The notes under the pieces were generated by a model. It had not been told where the DNA came from and made no database searches. It saw only the letters and a program-made list of their open reading frames with translations. DNA of 64,000 nt from Saprospiraceae bacterium (GTDB lineage: Bacteria; Bacteroidota; Bacteroidia; Chitinophagales; Saprospiraceae), in the NCBI GenBank assembly GCA_035426385.1, contig DAOLZQ010000007.1, positions 252 to 64,251 on the forward strand, read 5' to 3'. Shown here piece by piece: positions 37,388-46,918 of this stretch. The stretch's first letter is position 1. Each line of letters opens with the position of its first letter. The position numbers and the translations under genes are program-made.

Positions 37388-38227
37388 ATGGAATTTGACA
37401 GGGCAGCTTATCTGGACAATGTAAACTCTGCTGTATCTTATCTACAGTCAAAAGGAATAAATAATGCAGAGGTAGCTGTAATATTGGGTAGTGGCCAGAA
37501 TAAACTCGTCGAGCATCTGACTGATTTAAAAATAATTCCATACACTGAAATTCCGGGAATTCCACACACTACTGTTTCCTTCCATAAAGGCAACCTTATA
37601 CTAGGGAATATCGGAGACCGAAAAGTAATGGTATTACAGGGTCGGTTTCACTACTACGAGGGGTTTAGTCTCCAGGAGGTATCTATTTTCGTGCGGGTAG
37701 CTGCGGCATTGGGAGTTCGGTTCCTTATCGCAACAAATGCAGCCGGTGGGCTAAACCCTGAATACAGGCAGGGGGATCTGGTCTCAATCTCTGACCACAT
37801 CAATCTAATGGGTGATAGCCCCATAAGAGGTCTCAATGATGTCAAGATAGGCACACTTTTCCCCGATATGAATTTTGTTTATAACAGGAAGATTATTGAC
37901 ATCATAAGCAAGGCAGGTACAAAGAGAAATATAGACATCCATAAGGGTATCTATTGCGGTGTCAAAGGGCCACAAATGGAGACGCCTGCGGAACAAAAAA
38001 TGATTCGAATGCTAGGTGCCGATTTAGTGGGCATGAGCACAGTACCTGAGATTATTACCGGGATTCAACTGGGGCTTATCTGCGCGGGACTTAGTATTGT
38101 GACGAATACCTGTAGTCCAGACAATCCGGAAGTTACTACCGTAGAGGAAGTAGTTCTAAATGCCGGTTTGGTAGATGACCATCTGGCAGCCATTCTGGTT
38201 GATACTATTGTTGAGCTGGAAAGTTAA
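37388..38227 (+). CDS. purine nucleoside phosphorylase (trimeric PNP family)
   Basis: LGSGQ, GRFHYYEG, TNAAGG and VGMSTVPE motifs. Confidence 0.85.
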   Translation: MEFDRAAYLDNVNSAVSYLQSKGINNAEVAVILGSGQNKLVEHLTDLKIIPYTEIPGIPHTTVSFHKGNLILGNIGDRKVMVLQGRFHYYEGFSLQEVSIFVRVAAALGVRFLIATNAAGGLNPEYRQGDLVSISDHINLMGDSPIRGLNDVKIGTLFPDMNFVYNRKIIDIISKAGTKRNIDIHKGIYCGVKGPQMETPAEQKMIRMLGADLVGMSTVPEIITGIQLGLICAGLSIVTNTCSPDNPEVTTVEEVVLNAGLVDDHLAAILVDTIVELES

Positions 38228-39460
38228 TTATTCATGTGAGCGTCCAAAACCCTTCGAACCTGATTTCATGAGTGCATCACCTTTTACTACAGAAGAATCC
38301 ACCATCCATTGAACCCGGACTTCTTTGCTCATATCCAGGTCGGGTTTCCCAGCATCCACCCAGGCTGAGTACCATAGTGAACCTACGCCTACTATTGCCT
38401 GTCGCATCCTGACTTCCACCATACCATTCATGATCTGCTGGTAGGCAGCGGCATAGTCTGCGCATTGAGTCCATACAGGTTTCCCCAATCGCTCTTCAAA
38501 ACACATTTGCTTATTTCGCGGATACTGAGCTTTTAGTTTGCTCTCCAGTAGCAATACAGAATCTGAAAGCTGGCCACTTTCATGAACTACTTTCCATATA
38601 TAGGCATCCACATCGCGAATATAATGACTACGACCTACCAAAAAGTCATATGTTTCGTCTGCAAATAATTCGGGAATTCTACTCTCCCAAAATGCATGTA
38701 TCCCCAACTGATCACTTTTCTGGCCATTATAATTGGAACAGGCGTGCAAGGGTACATGAGCATCCGCTATATAATGTCCGATGTCAGCAGCTATATTAAT
38801 AATGGAGGCAGCATCCCTTACAATAAATGCCTTGACCAATTTTTCATATTGCTGCTTGACAATATAGGGCACAAGACCATGCTCTGAAAAATGATCTTCA
38901 AATATTATTTTCTCGGGAGTGAAATTCATTGCCATACTGAACAACTTGAATGAGTCAGGCAGTAGAGCATAGTTTTGATTGTAATAAGCAGGCAATACCT
39001 GAAATCCGTAAAGTTTCCTGATTTGCGACTTAGGAAAATAAAATACTTTATCTCCCGCAATAACAGTGGCCAGTACATCCTCATTGCACCAGGAAGAATC
39101 CGCCACATGTATGGACAGGGTATCACTAGCCCGGATGAATCTCAAAAAGCTGTAACTGCTAAAACCCTCTGTAAGTGATCGTGGCAAACAAGATCCTTCA
39201 TAACGATCTAAGTCTAAAAAGTGACGAGGCGCCTCCAATCGAAAAGCATACCTCCGCTTATCAGGATCTACTGCGTGCTCGGTGAGAAAATCAATGTTGG
39301 TCTTAAACAAAGGAAACATCTGCTCCGGAAGTGTAAAGACAGCTAGCCTGTTGATACGACGGTGAGCAAAGAATCCCCATTGCGGGCTACCGGCATAGAT
39401 AAAGATCCCTACCGATAAGAAAATGAATATACCCACTGCGACCTTTCTATATACTCCCAT
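38228..39460 (-). CDS. zinc-dependent phospholipase C / S1-P1 nuclease-fold family protein
   Basis: N-terminal WGFFAHRRIN and a later HYIADAHVPLHA metal-ligand-like motif. Its stop codon abuts the PNP stop codon with zero spacing. Confidence 0.5.
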   Translation of the reverse strand: MGVYRKVAVGIFIFLSVGIFIYAGSPQWGFFAHRRINRLAVFTLPEQMFPLFKTNIDFLTEHAVDPDKRRYAFRLEAPRHFLDLDRYEGSCLPRSLTEGFSSYSFLRFIRASDTLSIHVADSSWCNEDVLATVIAGDKVFYFPKSQIRKLYGFQVLPAYYNQNYALLPDSFKLFSMAMNFTPEKIIFEDHFSEHGLVPYIVKQQYEKLVKAFIVRDAASIINIAADIGHYIADAHVPLHACSNYNGQKSDQLGIHAFWESRIPELFADETYDFLVGRSHYIRDVDAYIWKVVHESGQLSDSVLLLESKLKAQYPRNKQMCFEERLGKPVWTQCADYAAAYQQIMNGMVEVRMRQAIVGVGSLWYSAWVDAGKPDLDMSKEVRVQWMVDSSVVKGDALMKSGSKGFGRSHE

Positions 39461-39461
39461 A

Positions 39462-40466
39462 TCATTTGAAAAAGAATGAATATCCGAAAAATATTTTCTT
39501 TAATTGGTCTTCTTGTGCATAAAAAAATAAGCGGTCATCAAGAGTAACGAAGAAATTGAAGGGTCTGTGCTCCAGATCGACACGCTGACCTTCTTGCTCA
39601 GTATTAATAACCGGGTACATTATTAATTTCCTGACGACGTCGTCACTACCAGTAATTTGGAGATTGAGAAATGGGATTTCAGAAATCATAGTATCTGAAC
39701 TCATTTCATTTTTGGTAAATGCTTTCGCACCGTACATCTTTTCAAAACCGGCCAAGAAAGCTTCTACTTCACCAGGCTTCACAGGGCTTTCTATTTTTGT
39801 AGTAGTGCTGTAGAAGGGCTCCAAGTCATAGCTTTTACTTCCTTTTACCGTAAGGATAAACGATTCACTTTTGTTCCGAGGATAATCTACCGAAACTTTT
39901 CTAATTGAATTGATCGGGTATTCTGCAAGCACTCTGGAGATCAAATCGGTCTGGCTCAAAGGCCAATATCTGCTTCTCAGATCACCATCAAATCCCGGAA
40001 TACTCACTTCGTATGGGATATTAAACCCGTTTAACACCATATAAGTAGTCTCACCGGTTGGATTACCCATGCCCACATAGTATGACTTAACCAGTTTCTT
40101 GCCATCATATATTTCTACCTTCAGCCCAAGTGTCCCTATTTCATTCATCACGCGCGGGATTGCCGCTTTTGGCACCAGATTAATCACTTCAATTTTATTT
40201 ATGGTTTTGAGTAAATAATCTACAAAAAATTGATCAGCTTCAATGCCATCTTTAAGATACCATTTGCCATTTTTCTTATTTAAGTCAATTATTGAAGCAT
40301 TTTTATCAGCTACGAAGATTCTGTCCACATTGCTGATATCCTCTACCTTGAATTGTCGGCTATTGGAAGCACCGGTACTCATTTGAGCATTTTGCTGATA
40401 CATTTTGAATCCGACTATACCTAGTATGAGAAGTAACGCAAGAAGTATTACAGTTTTTTTATTCAT
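39462..40466 (-). CDS. DUF4340-like protein (gldG-associated)
   Basis: N-terminal TM helix, and a position immediately downstream of gldG, as commonly seen for DUF4340. Confidence 0.55.
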   Translation of the reverse strand: MNKKTVILLALLLILGIVGFKMYQQNAQMSTGASNSRQFKVEDISNVDRIFVADKNASIIDLNKKNGKWYLKDGIEADQFFVDYLLKTINKIEVINLVPKAAIPRVMNEIGTLGLKVEIYDGKKLVKSYYVGMGNPTGETTYMVLNGFNIPYEVSIPGFDGDLRSRYWPLSQTDLISRVLAEYPINSIRKVSVDYPRNKSESFILTVKGSKSYDLEPFYSTTTKIESPVKPGEVEAFLAGFEKMYGAKAFTKNEMSSDTMISEIPFLNLQITGSDDVVRKLIMYPVINTEQEGQRVDLEHRPFNFFVTLDDRLFFYAQEDQLKKIFFGYSFFFK

Positions 40467-40491
40467 TCTATTTTATTATGTCCTAAGCTGC

Positions 40492-42225
40492 TTAACGAGC
40501 GTATTTCCAACGTTTCCACCAGGCAAAAGCGCCCGCAAATAAACCAATTGCTAATAAAGGGAATACCACATTAAGCAACTGCCAGCTAGTTTTATTCTTA
40601 TCTATTGCCACTTTATCCAGTAGCCTCAATTTGACTTCTTTTGACCGAGCTTTTAAAATACCCTTTTCATCAAACATATATTCAATCGAATTTAGTAGAA
40701 AGTCTTTATTTCCATACATCTGCTTATCAAAAGAATTATAGCCAATGGGTAGATAATCTTCACCATTTGGATTGAATTTATTCTCCAGTAGTTTACCAAA
40801 GGTCACGACCATTATTTTTGTCGGTTTGCCATTGGAGATAAACTCAGTCTTTATATCTTTTAGCGTCTGCTGCATCTCCGCTCCTACTCTATTTTCATAC
40901 AGTGAGGGGAAGGAGCCTTCAACCAGGACAGCAGCCGGCTGGAAGGGTTTATTAAATTTCGCAGGATCAGGCGGATAGCGCAGGATTTCAAAGTTTATCC
41001 TGGCAGGGATGAACTGCACACGACTATATTTTGACGAGGCAAGTAAAATCGTCTTTTTAAGAGGTACTTTGGTTTTGATGGTATCAATTGAATTGGGGAA
41101 ACTCAGATTGACACGGTCTATATTTTTTACGATGGGATGTTCACTCTGGGAGGACATCAACGGTGCATAATACCAAGGAAAATTTTCTAGCTGAGCACCT
41201 GTACCCATCTTGCCCACTGCGAGCGGTATGGTACTACATTCCATATCCAGAATAAGGTTGGGCTGGATACGGAAACCATATTTAAAAAACAGATCATCCA
41301 AATTCACATTATTCTCAAGCGGTACATAATCTGCTGACTGACGACGTAGGCTATCCAGGTCTATCTTCACTTTATTTACAAGGAAAATAATCCGTCCTCC
41401 ACGCATGACGAATTGATCCAATACAAATTTTGCTTTTTCACTATAAGGAGTCTGAGGATTTGGCATAATGACCAGTCCTACTTGGTCTGGGATTTTGTAG
41501 ATACTATCCAGATGAATCCTTTTAATATCATAAAATGGAGCCATAGTGTTAATAAAATCCTGAGTTTCGATAGGCTTAGATTCTCCGTGTCCGGCAGTCA
41601 GTAAGATACCTGGTTTAATGACCCTAAATATTTTATTGATTGCATCCGCCAGCTTATATTCTAATAAATTGATAGACTGATTGAGCAATTCCTCATCACT
41701 AAATCCGGCAATGCTATTTTCTAATAAATTTACCGGGATAGTATGTGAGCCAAACTTTACCACGGCTACAGGATAAATTAATTTCTCTGACTGTTGATCA
41801 TTTTCAAATACTTTCAGATTGACCGGCTTGATACCTTGTGAAGCTAGCGTCTTTATACGCTCATTTTTCTCCTCGACAGAGCTGACATCCAGTGGGTCAC
41901 GGAAATTGTATTGTATATAAGGTGTTTCATTTCTGAACTGATCCAGTTTGTCCTTGATAGCTTCCTGCAGCCTTTTAAAACCTGCCGGAAATTTACCTTC
42001 CAGAAAGACTTCTATGTACACATTGTCTTTCATCTCATGCAGCATATTGACAGTCTCTGGAGTAAGTGTATATCTTCTCTCTTCAGTTAGATCTACCTTG
42101 GTATGCGCAAACTGGGCAATTACATTGACTACAAATAAGACCGCCGCCATTAGAAATACCTGGGTTAAACTCTGCTTGCCCCAGAGTTGCTTATTTTGCT
42201 CTGGCTTATTCGGGTTAGCTACCAT
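40492..42225 (-). CDS. gldG: gliding-motility-associated ABC transporter substrate-binding component GldG
   Basis: 577 aa with N- and C-terminal TM helices (the C-terminus ends WWKRWKYAR). Its position after gldF fits the GldG family pattern. Confidence 0.8.
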   Translation of the reverse strand: MVANPNKPEQNKQLWGKQSLTQVFLMAAVLFVVNVIAQFAHTKVDLTEERRYTLTPETVNMLHEMKDNVYIEVFLEGKFPAGFKRLQEAIKDKLDQFRNETPYIQYNFRDPLDVSSVEEKNERIKTLASQGIKPVNLKVFENDQQSEKLIYPVAVVKFGSHTIPVNLLENSIAGFSDEELLNQSINLLEYKLADAINKIFRVIKPGILLTAGHGESKPIETQDFINTMAPFYDIKRIHLDSIYKIPDQVGLVIMPNPQTPYSEKAKFVLDQFVMRGGRIIFLVNKVKIDLDSLRRQSADYVPLENNVNLDDLFFKYGFRIQPNLILDMECSTIPLAVGKMGTGAQLENFPWYYAPLMSSQSEHPIVKNIDRVNLSFPNSIDTIKTKVPLKKTILLASSKYSRVQFIPARINFEILRYPPDPAKFNKPFQPAAVLVEGSFPSLYENRVGAEMQQTLKDIKTEFISNGKPTKIMVVTFGKLLENKFNPNGEDYLPIGYNSFDKQMYGNKDFLLNSIEYMFDEKGILKARSKEVKLRLLDKVAIDKNKTSWQLLNVVFPLLAIGLFAGAFAWWKRWKYAR

Positions 42226-42233
42226 ATATGCCT

Positions 42234-42965
42234 TTATTTTTTATGTCTTTGCAGTGAAAATTGTGACAGGATTAAGAAAAAGATAATCACTGTCAAAAAA
42301 TATATGACGTCTCTGGAATCTATCAATCCTTTACTCATACGCTCATAATGGAAGTCTGCACCAAACTTTTGAATGGTATAGTCTACCGTGCCGGTAAATA
42401 CCGGCAATTTGCTCACAAAATAAAAAAACCAATGTATCCCAAAACAAATAAAGGCGCCGATCATAAATGCCACCACCTGATTGTTGGTAAGCGTACTGGC
42501 AAAGAGTCCTATAGAAACATAAGCAGATGAGAGGAAAAGCAAACCTATGTAAGAACCCATAGTTCCACCTATATCCAGATTCCCTTTCGGTGAACCTAAT
42601 TGATACACCGTGAAGAAATAAATCAGCGTAGGTAATAGGGCAATGCACACTATAAAGAAACCTGCCAGGAATTTACCCAATATTATATTCAGGTCCGTAA
42701 TGGGTTTCGTTGTAAGCAACTCAATTGTGCCGGTTTGATTCTCTTCAGCAAATGATCGCATAGTGATCGCGGGAATCAAGAACGTAAATATGGCTGGAGC
42801 AATAAAAAACATACTCTCCAGCGAAGCATAATTTGAAGATAGAATACTAAAATCCGGAAAGAAAAACAAGACTAGTCCCAATACGAGCAAAAACAATCCC
42901 AATACAATGAACCCTCCTAAATTAGTAAAGAATGAGATAATCTCTTTTTTAGTAATTGTCCACAT
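42234..42965 (-). CDS. gldF: gliding-motility-associated ABC transporter permease GldF
   Basis: 243-aa ABC-2-type permease with six TM helices, located between gldA and gldG. Confidence 0.8.
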   Translation of the reverse strand: MWTITKKEIISFFTNLGGFIVLGLFLLVLGLVLFFFPDFSILSSNYASLESMFFIAPAIFTFLIPAITMRSFAEENQTGTIELLTTKPITDLNIILGKFLAGFFIVCIALLPTLIYFFTVYQLGSPKGNLDIGGTMGSYIGLLFLSSAYVSIGLFASTLTNNQVVAFMIGAFICFGIHWFFYFVSKLPVFTGTVDYTIQKFGADFHYERMSKGLIDSRDVIYFLTVIIFFLILSQFSLQRHKK

Positions 42966-42970
42966 ACTGC

Positions 42971-43900
42971 TTATTTGTTTGTCTGAGTAAGTTGGTGGAA
43001 GACCTCCTCCATAGAAGCCAAGTTCACTGACATACCAATGATTTTCAGTCCATTTCTCACTGATGTATCAAAGATTTGTTCGCGCAAATCGTGATTTAAA
43101 GCAGAGTGAAATTGAACCGTTCGAGTATCATTTCTGTCATTCTGCTGCACCTCGATGAGGTCGGGAATAGTGCCAAAGATCTTTGCCGGGTTTGAGGGTG
43201 GGATTGAAAACTGGACACTCACTATTTGTTTGCCCTGATTTATTTGATTCAATGAAGTTATATCGTCATCAAATATTTTTAGTCCTTTATTTATGATAAT
43301 GACGCGGTTGCAGAGTGCCTCCACTTCTTGCATGATGTGAGAAGACAGTATGACTGATTTCTCCTTGCCAATCTCACGGATTACCTGACGGATCTCAACG
43401 AGCTGGTTGGGATCGAGTCCTGAAGTGGGTTCATCCATGATCAATACTTCCGGATCATGAATCATTGCCTGAGCTAAACCTACACGCTGCTTATACCCTT
43501 TCGAAATCTGGCTGATCTTCTTCTTGCGCTCATCTCCCAGCCCCGTGATTTCTATCATCTTATCAATGCGCTTTGAGGCATCCTTTAGGTTATATAAGTG
43601 AGCCACATAGTCAAGGTACTCCCGTATATACATATCCTTGTAAAGCGGATTATTCTCCGGCAAATACCCGATTTTCTTCCTTACCTCAATAGAATCATAT
43701 AAGGTATCTATGCCACAAATCTCGGCGTGACCGGAAGTCTGAGGTATAAAACAGGTCAATATCTTCATGGTGGTGGTTTTCCCTGCTCCATTTGGACCTA
43801 GAAAACCAAGTATATCACCTTTCTGAACATTGAAAGAGAGCTGATCAATCGCTTTCTGGTCATCATATACTTTGGTTAGACCATTAACTACTATAGACAT
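42971..43900 (-). CDS. gldA: gliding-motility-associated ABC transporter ATP-binding protein GldA
   Basis: Walker A GPNGAGKTT, signature ISKGYKQR and Walker B LIMDEPT. I trimmed the track ORF (to 44119) to the ATG at 43900 (MSIVVNGLTKVY), which is preceded by a -7 box at 43929-43936. Confidence 0.85.
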   Translation of the reverse strand: MSIVVNGLTKVYDDQKAIDQLSFNVQKGDILGFLGPNGAGKTTTMKILTCFIPQTSGHAEICGIDTLYDSIEVRKKIGYLPENNPLYKDMYIREYLDYVAHLYNLKDASKRIDKMIEITGLGDERKKKISQISKGYKQRVGLAQAMIHDPEVLIMDEPTSGLDPNQLVEIRQVIREIGKEKSVILSSHIMQEVEALCNRVIIINKGLKIFDDDITSLNQINQGKQIVSVQFSIPPSNPAKIFGTIPDLIEVQQNDRNDTRTVQFHSALNHDLREQIFDTSVRNGLKIIGMSVNLASMEEVFHQLTQTNK

Positions 43901-43928
43901 TCTTATGTGGAAATATGAGCATGAAAGG

Positions 43929-43936
43929 CAAAAGTA
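43929..43936 (-). promoter_or_regulatory. -7 promoter box (TACTTTTG on minus strand) for gldA operon
   Basis: CAAAAGTA on the plus strand is an exact TAnnTTTG on the minus strand, 28 nt upstream of the ATG at 43900. Confidence 0.45.
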
Positions 43937-43956
43937 ACAAAATCCAATGGGTTTAA

Positions 43957-44562
43957 TTAAAAGCCAACTTTCATAATGTTCCTCGCAAAAATTTGCACAG
44001 ATATGGCCAATAAAATAACACCGAAAAATTTTCTCACTGCAACTAGCCCTGAAGGGCCCAGTGCGCGATGAATCACTTTTAACGATTTCAAGACAATGAA
44101 AATTACTATCAAGTTGCACAAAATGCCTACGAGTATGACTAGTTCATTCTTACTCTTTAATTCAAAAGTAGCTTTCAGTGACATTATGGTAGTGAGGGTG
44201 CCTGTACCTGCTATGAGAGGAAAGGCAATAGGTACCAGTGTCCCCGTCTTTGGATTGGTATCCGGCTTGAATATTTCCCATCCTAGAATCATTTCAATAC
44301 CGATGAGAAACATAACTATACTCCCTCCTACTGCAAAAGAATAGTCACTTATGCCAAATAAATTGAGCAAAGGCCTACCCAAAAAGAAAAATAAAGTCAT
44401 CAGTGATCCGGAGATCAAAGTCACCGAAACTGAGCGAATATGACCCATTTTTTCTTTCAGTGAAATCAACACAGGTATCGAGCCAAGTATGTCAATTACT
44501 GCAAATAAAGTTACAAAAACAGCAAAGAACTCGTGCCAATCCCAATCAAAAAAATCACCCAT
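43957..44562 (-). CDS. MarC-family (UPF0056) integral membrane protein
   Basis: FVTLFAVIDILGSIPV N-terminal signature and six TM helices. I chose the ATG at 44562 (MGDFFDW) over the upstream ATG at 44580. Confidence 0.75.
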   Translation of the reverse strand: MGDFFDWDWHEFFAVFVTLFAVIDILGSIPVLISLKEKMGHIRSVSVTLISGSLMTLFFFLGRPLLNLFGISDYSFAVGGSIVMFLIGIEMILGWEIFKPDTNPKTGTLVPIAFPLIAGTGTLTTIMSLKATFELKSKNELVILVGILCNLIVIFIVLKSLKVIHRALGPSGLVAVRKFFGVILLAISVQIFARNIMKVGF

Positions 44563-44618
44563 GATACAAAAGTAAAACAATACAATTTAATGCCCTTAAA
44601 TATCTAACATGAAAAAGT

Positions 44619-45806
44619 CTAGCCCAAATTTGGTCTAGGACTTGGCATTAACCTCAGAAAATAGACCACAATCACTGCCGCCAATGCTCCAGACCATATA
44701 AATAGTGTAGCTGCCCCAAAATAGGTCCAAATAAGCCCAGCTAAGGTGCTGGCCAATAGAAGACAAATACTCTGAAAAGCAGTATAAGCGCCAATGGCGG
44801 TAGCAGTATCTTCTCTCTTCACAACATTGCTGATCCAAGCCTTGGAGACACCTTCTGTCGCGGCAGCATATAATCCATATAGAAAAAAGAACAGTGCAAA
44901 AGAATAAAACCCGGGGAAAACACCAAACCCTATATACACCAGTACAAATAAGCTCAACCCAAACACAAACATCTTCCTGAAACCGATTTTATCAGCGAGT
45001 ATTCCCACTGGATAAGACAGTAATGCATAGACCAGATTATAAAAAATATAAACTCCGATCGTCTGAGTATCATTGAGTCCAACATCCTTCATGCGTAAAA
45101 GCAGGAAAATATCTGAGCTATTGATCAGGGCAAATAGTAAGAACCCAATAGTAATCTGTCTATACTTCAGCGGACTGATCTTCCAATAGCTCATAAAAGA
45201 AAAGAATGAGACACCTCCAGTCCTCACCTCCTGAGAAACTTTTGATTCCTTTAATTTAAAAGTTAGCAAAATAGCCAACACACCGGGCAAAAAAGCTACC
45301 AAAAATAGTGTTCTATATTCCCCTGGTCTGAAGTATAAATAGATTAAAGCTGCAGCCGGTCCTAATACAGCTCCTATGGTATCCCAACTGCGGTGAAATC
45401 CAAACACTCGCCCTTTGTGCTCAGGAGTAGTCTCAGATGACAACAGAGCATCTCTGGCACCTGTGCGAATGCCTTTACCTAATCTATCTATAGTGCGGGC
45501 AAAGAATATCCATAACGGCTGGATTAAGAGAGCCATAAGAGGCTTTGAAAGTGCACTAAGACTATATCCCAATTGTACAAATGGCACCCGCCTGCCTTTA
45601 TGATCTGATAATTTACCGAAATATCCCTTGCTCAAGCCGGCAACCGCCTCTGCCAATCCCTCTAAGAGACCTATTGCAACAATTGAAAAACCAATAGATC
45701 GCAGATAGGCAGGCATGACCGGATAGAGCATTTCGCTCGCCATGTCAGTACATAAACTGACCAGTGAAAGTACCCATATGGTGCGGGTAATTATCTTTCT
45801 GGTCAA
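44619..45806 (-). CDS. MFS transporter
   Basis: 12 predicted TM helices and a G..SD..GRR loop between TM2 and TM3. It has a TTG start 6 nt after the upstream stop. Confidence 0.8.
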   Translation of the reverse strand: MTRKIITRTIWVLSLVSLCTDMASEMLYPVMPAYLRSIGFSIVAIGLLEGLAEAVAGLSKGYFGKLSDHKGRRVPFVQLGYSLSALSKPLMALLIQPLWIFFARTIDRLGKGIRTGARDALLSSETTPEHKGRVFGFHRSWDTIGAVLGPAAALIYLYFRPGEYRTLFLVAFLPGVLAILLTFKLKESKVSQEVRTGGVSFFSFMSYWKISPLKYRQITIGFLLFALINSSDIFLLLRMKDVGLNDTQTIGVYIFYNLVYALLSYPVGILADKIGFRKMFVFGLSLFVLVYIGFGVFPGFYSFALFFFLYGLYAAATEGVSKAWISNVVKREDTATAIGAYTAFQSICLLLASTLAGLIWTYFGAATLFIWSGALAAVIVVYFLRLMPSPRPNLG

Positions 45807-45812
45807 GGATTA

Positions 45813-46910
45813 TTACAGTTTCAGGACTCGACCGGTGAACCTTACTCCGTCGAGATTTTCTGCTTGGATCAGATAAAATCCTTTAACCCAACTGCCCACT
45901 TCAATGATTTGATCTCCAGAAATATTACCCTTCCACATAACCTTTCCCTGAATATCCAAGATTTGTACATTATAAGTAATCATTTGGTCGGAAAAGGATA
46001 TATTTAGAATCTTGTCAGCCGGAACAGGTGAGATCTGTGCAACAGTCTCAATAGGTGCAGTCTTTAACTTATTATTTAGTTTCCAGTTGGTCCTATATTC
46101 TAGTCTGTATCTTGCAGTAGGTCTTTGTTTACCCACTTTCGCTACAAATCCTCTTACCTCGGGAGACCAATAGATAAATTCATGGCCAGCGGTATTTAGA
46201 TTCTCCGACCCCGGAAATAGACTAGTTATGTCTTGCCAGCCAAGAAATGGGATATACATTTCTAAGGTTGTAGTCGTACGAAAACCATGATTAAACTGAA
46301 CTACCGGATAGCTTTCCTCCGGTAATTTCAAGATGCCACTACCTGACATAGAAAGCGTATCAGCCCATGCAATAGTGATCCTGAATGAATCCGGTTTTAT
46401 AGGTAATTGATTTAGAATTGAATCCGGCAATATAGAGGAAGGGAAGCTATTCCTAGCTTGTGAAGCAGTAATATGCTTATCACCAAGCCCAGTGGGGACA
46501 AAAACTTCAGGAACCGATGGATTATACTTCAAGTTGACGGGAAAAGGACCAAAATTTCCTGCCATACCTAGGAATTGTAGCGAAGTCGGATTGCTAAATA
46601 GATAATTTTCACTCATTGGATTTTGGGAAGTAGTCATCATCAGATTAGCAGAGGAAAATGCTGCGTGATTGTTTCCGGTAGCAGGATCTCTATAATAATA
46701 TCCTATGCTGCTATTCTGACTGATCTGTTGGAAATCCCAGGTCTGATTCAATCCGGTCTGAATCCCACTAGTAGAATCAAAAGATGAAGTGGAGGATACA
46801 TAGATAGAATCTCCGATTATAGGGAAAGAGGTGTCCGATATAGATATCTGACTATAACCAATGCAGACTCCTAAACCCATAAAGAGTACTACTAATAAAC
46901 TAACTTTCAT
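45813..46910 (-). CDS. uncharacterised secreted protein with T9SS type A sorting domain
   Basis: Signal peptide MKVSLLVVLFMGLGVCIGYSQ. The C-terminus ISPVPADKILNISF...ILDIQGKVMW...GFYLIQA is a sorting domain. There is an 8-nt gap to the upstream gene. Confidence 0.65.
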   Translation of the reverse strand: MKVSLLVVLFMGLGVCIGYSQISISDTSFPIIGDSIYVSSTSSFDSTSGIQTGLNQTWDFQQISQNSSIGYYYRDPATGNNHAAFSSANLMMTTSQNPMSENYLFSNPTSLQFLGMAGNFGPFPVNLKYNPSVPEVFVPTGLGDKHITASQARNSFPSSILPDSILNQLPIKPDSFRITIAWADTLSMSGSGILKLPEESYPVVQFNHGFRTTTTLEMYIPFLGWQDITSLFPGSENLNTAGHEFIYWSPEVRGFVAKVGKQRPTARYRLEYRTNWKLNNKLKTAPIETVAQISPVPADKILNISFSDQMITYNVQILDIQGKVMWKGNISGDQIIEVGSWVKGFYLIQAENLDGVRFTGRVLKL

Positions 46911-46918
46911 ATATAAGA

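Noticed and set aside
39462-43900. gldA-gldF-gldG-DUF4340 cluster, considered as a candidate novel system.
   Set aside because: This is the well-known Bacteroidota gliding-motility ABC transporter operon. Only the co-directional zinc-PLC-like gene downstream (38228-39460) is a minor oddity.
43901-44119. 73-codon N-terminal extension of gldA in the ORF track (MQLDSNFHCLEIVK...).
   Set aside because: The extension is Cys/Phe-rich nonsense that overlaps the MarC gene 3-prime end. A -7 box and a canonical ABC ATPase N-terminus (MSIVVNGLTKVY) support the ATG at 43900.
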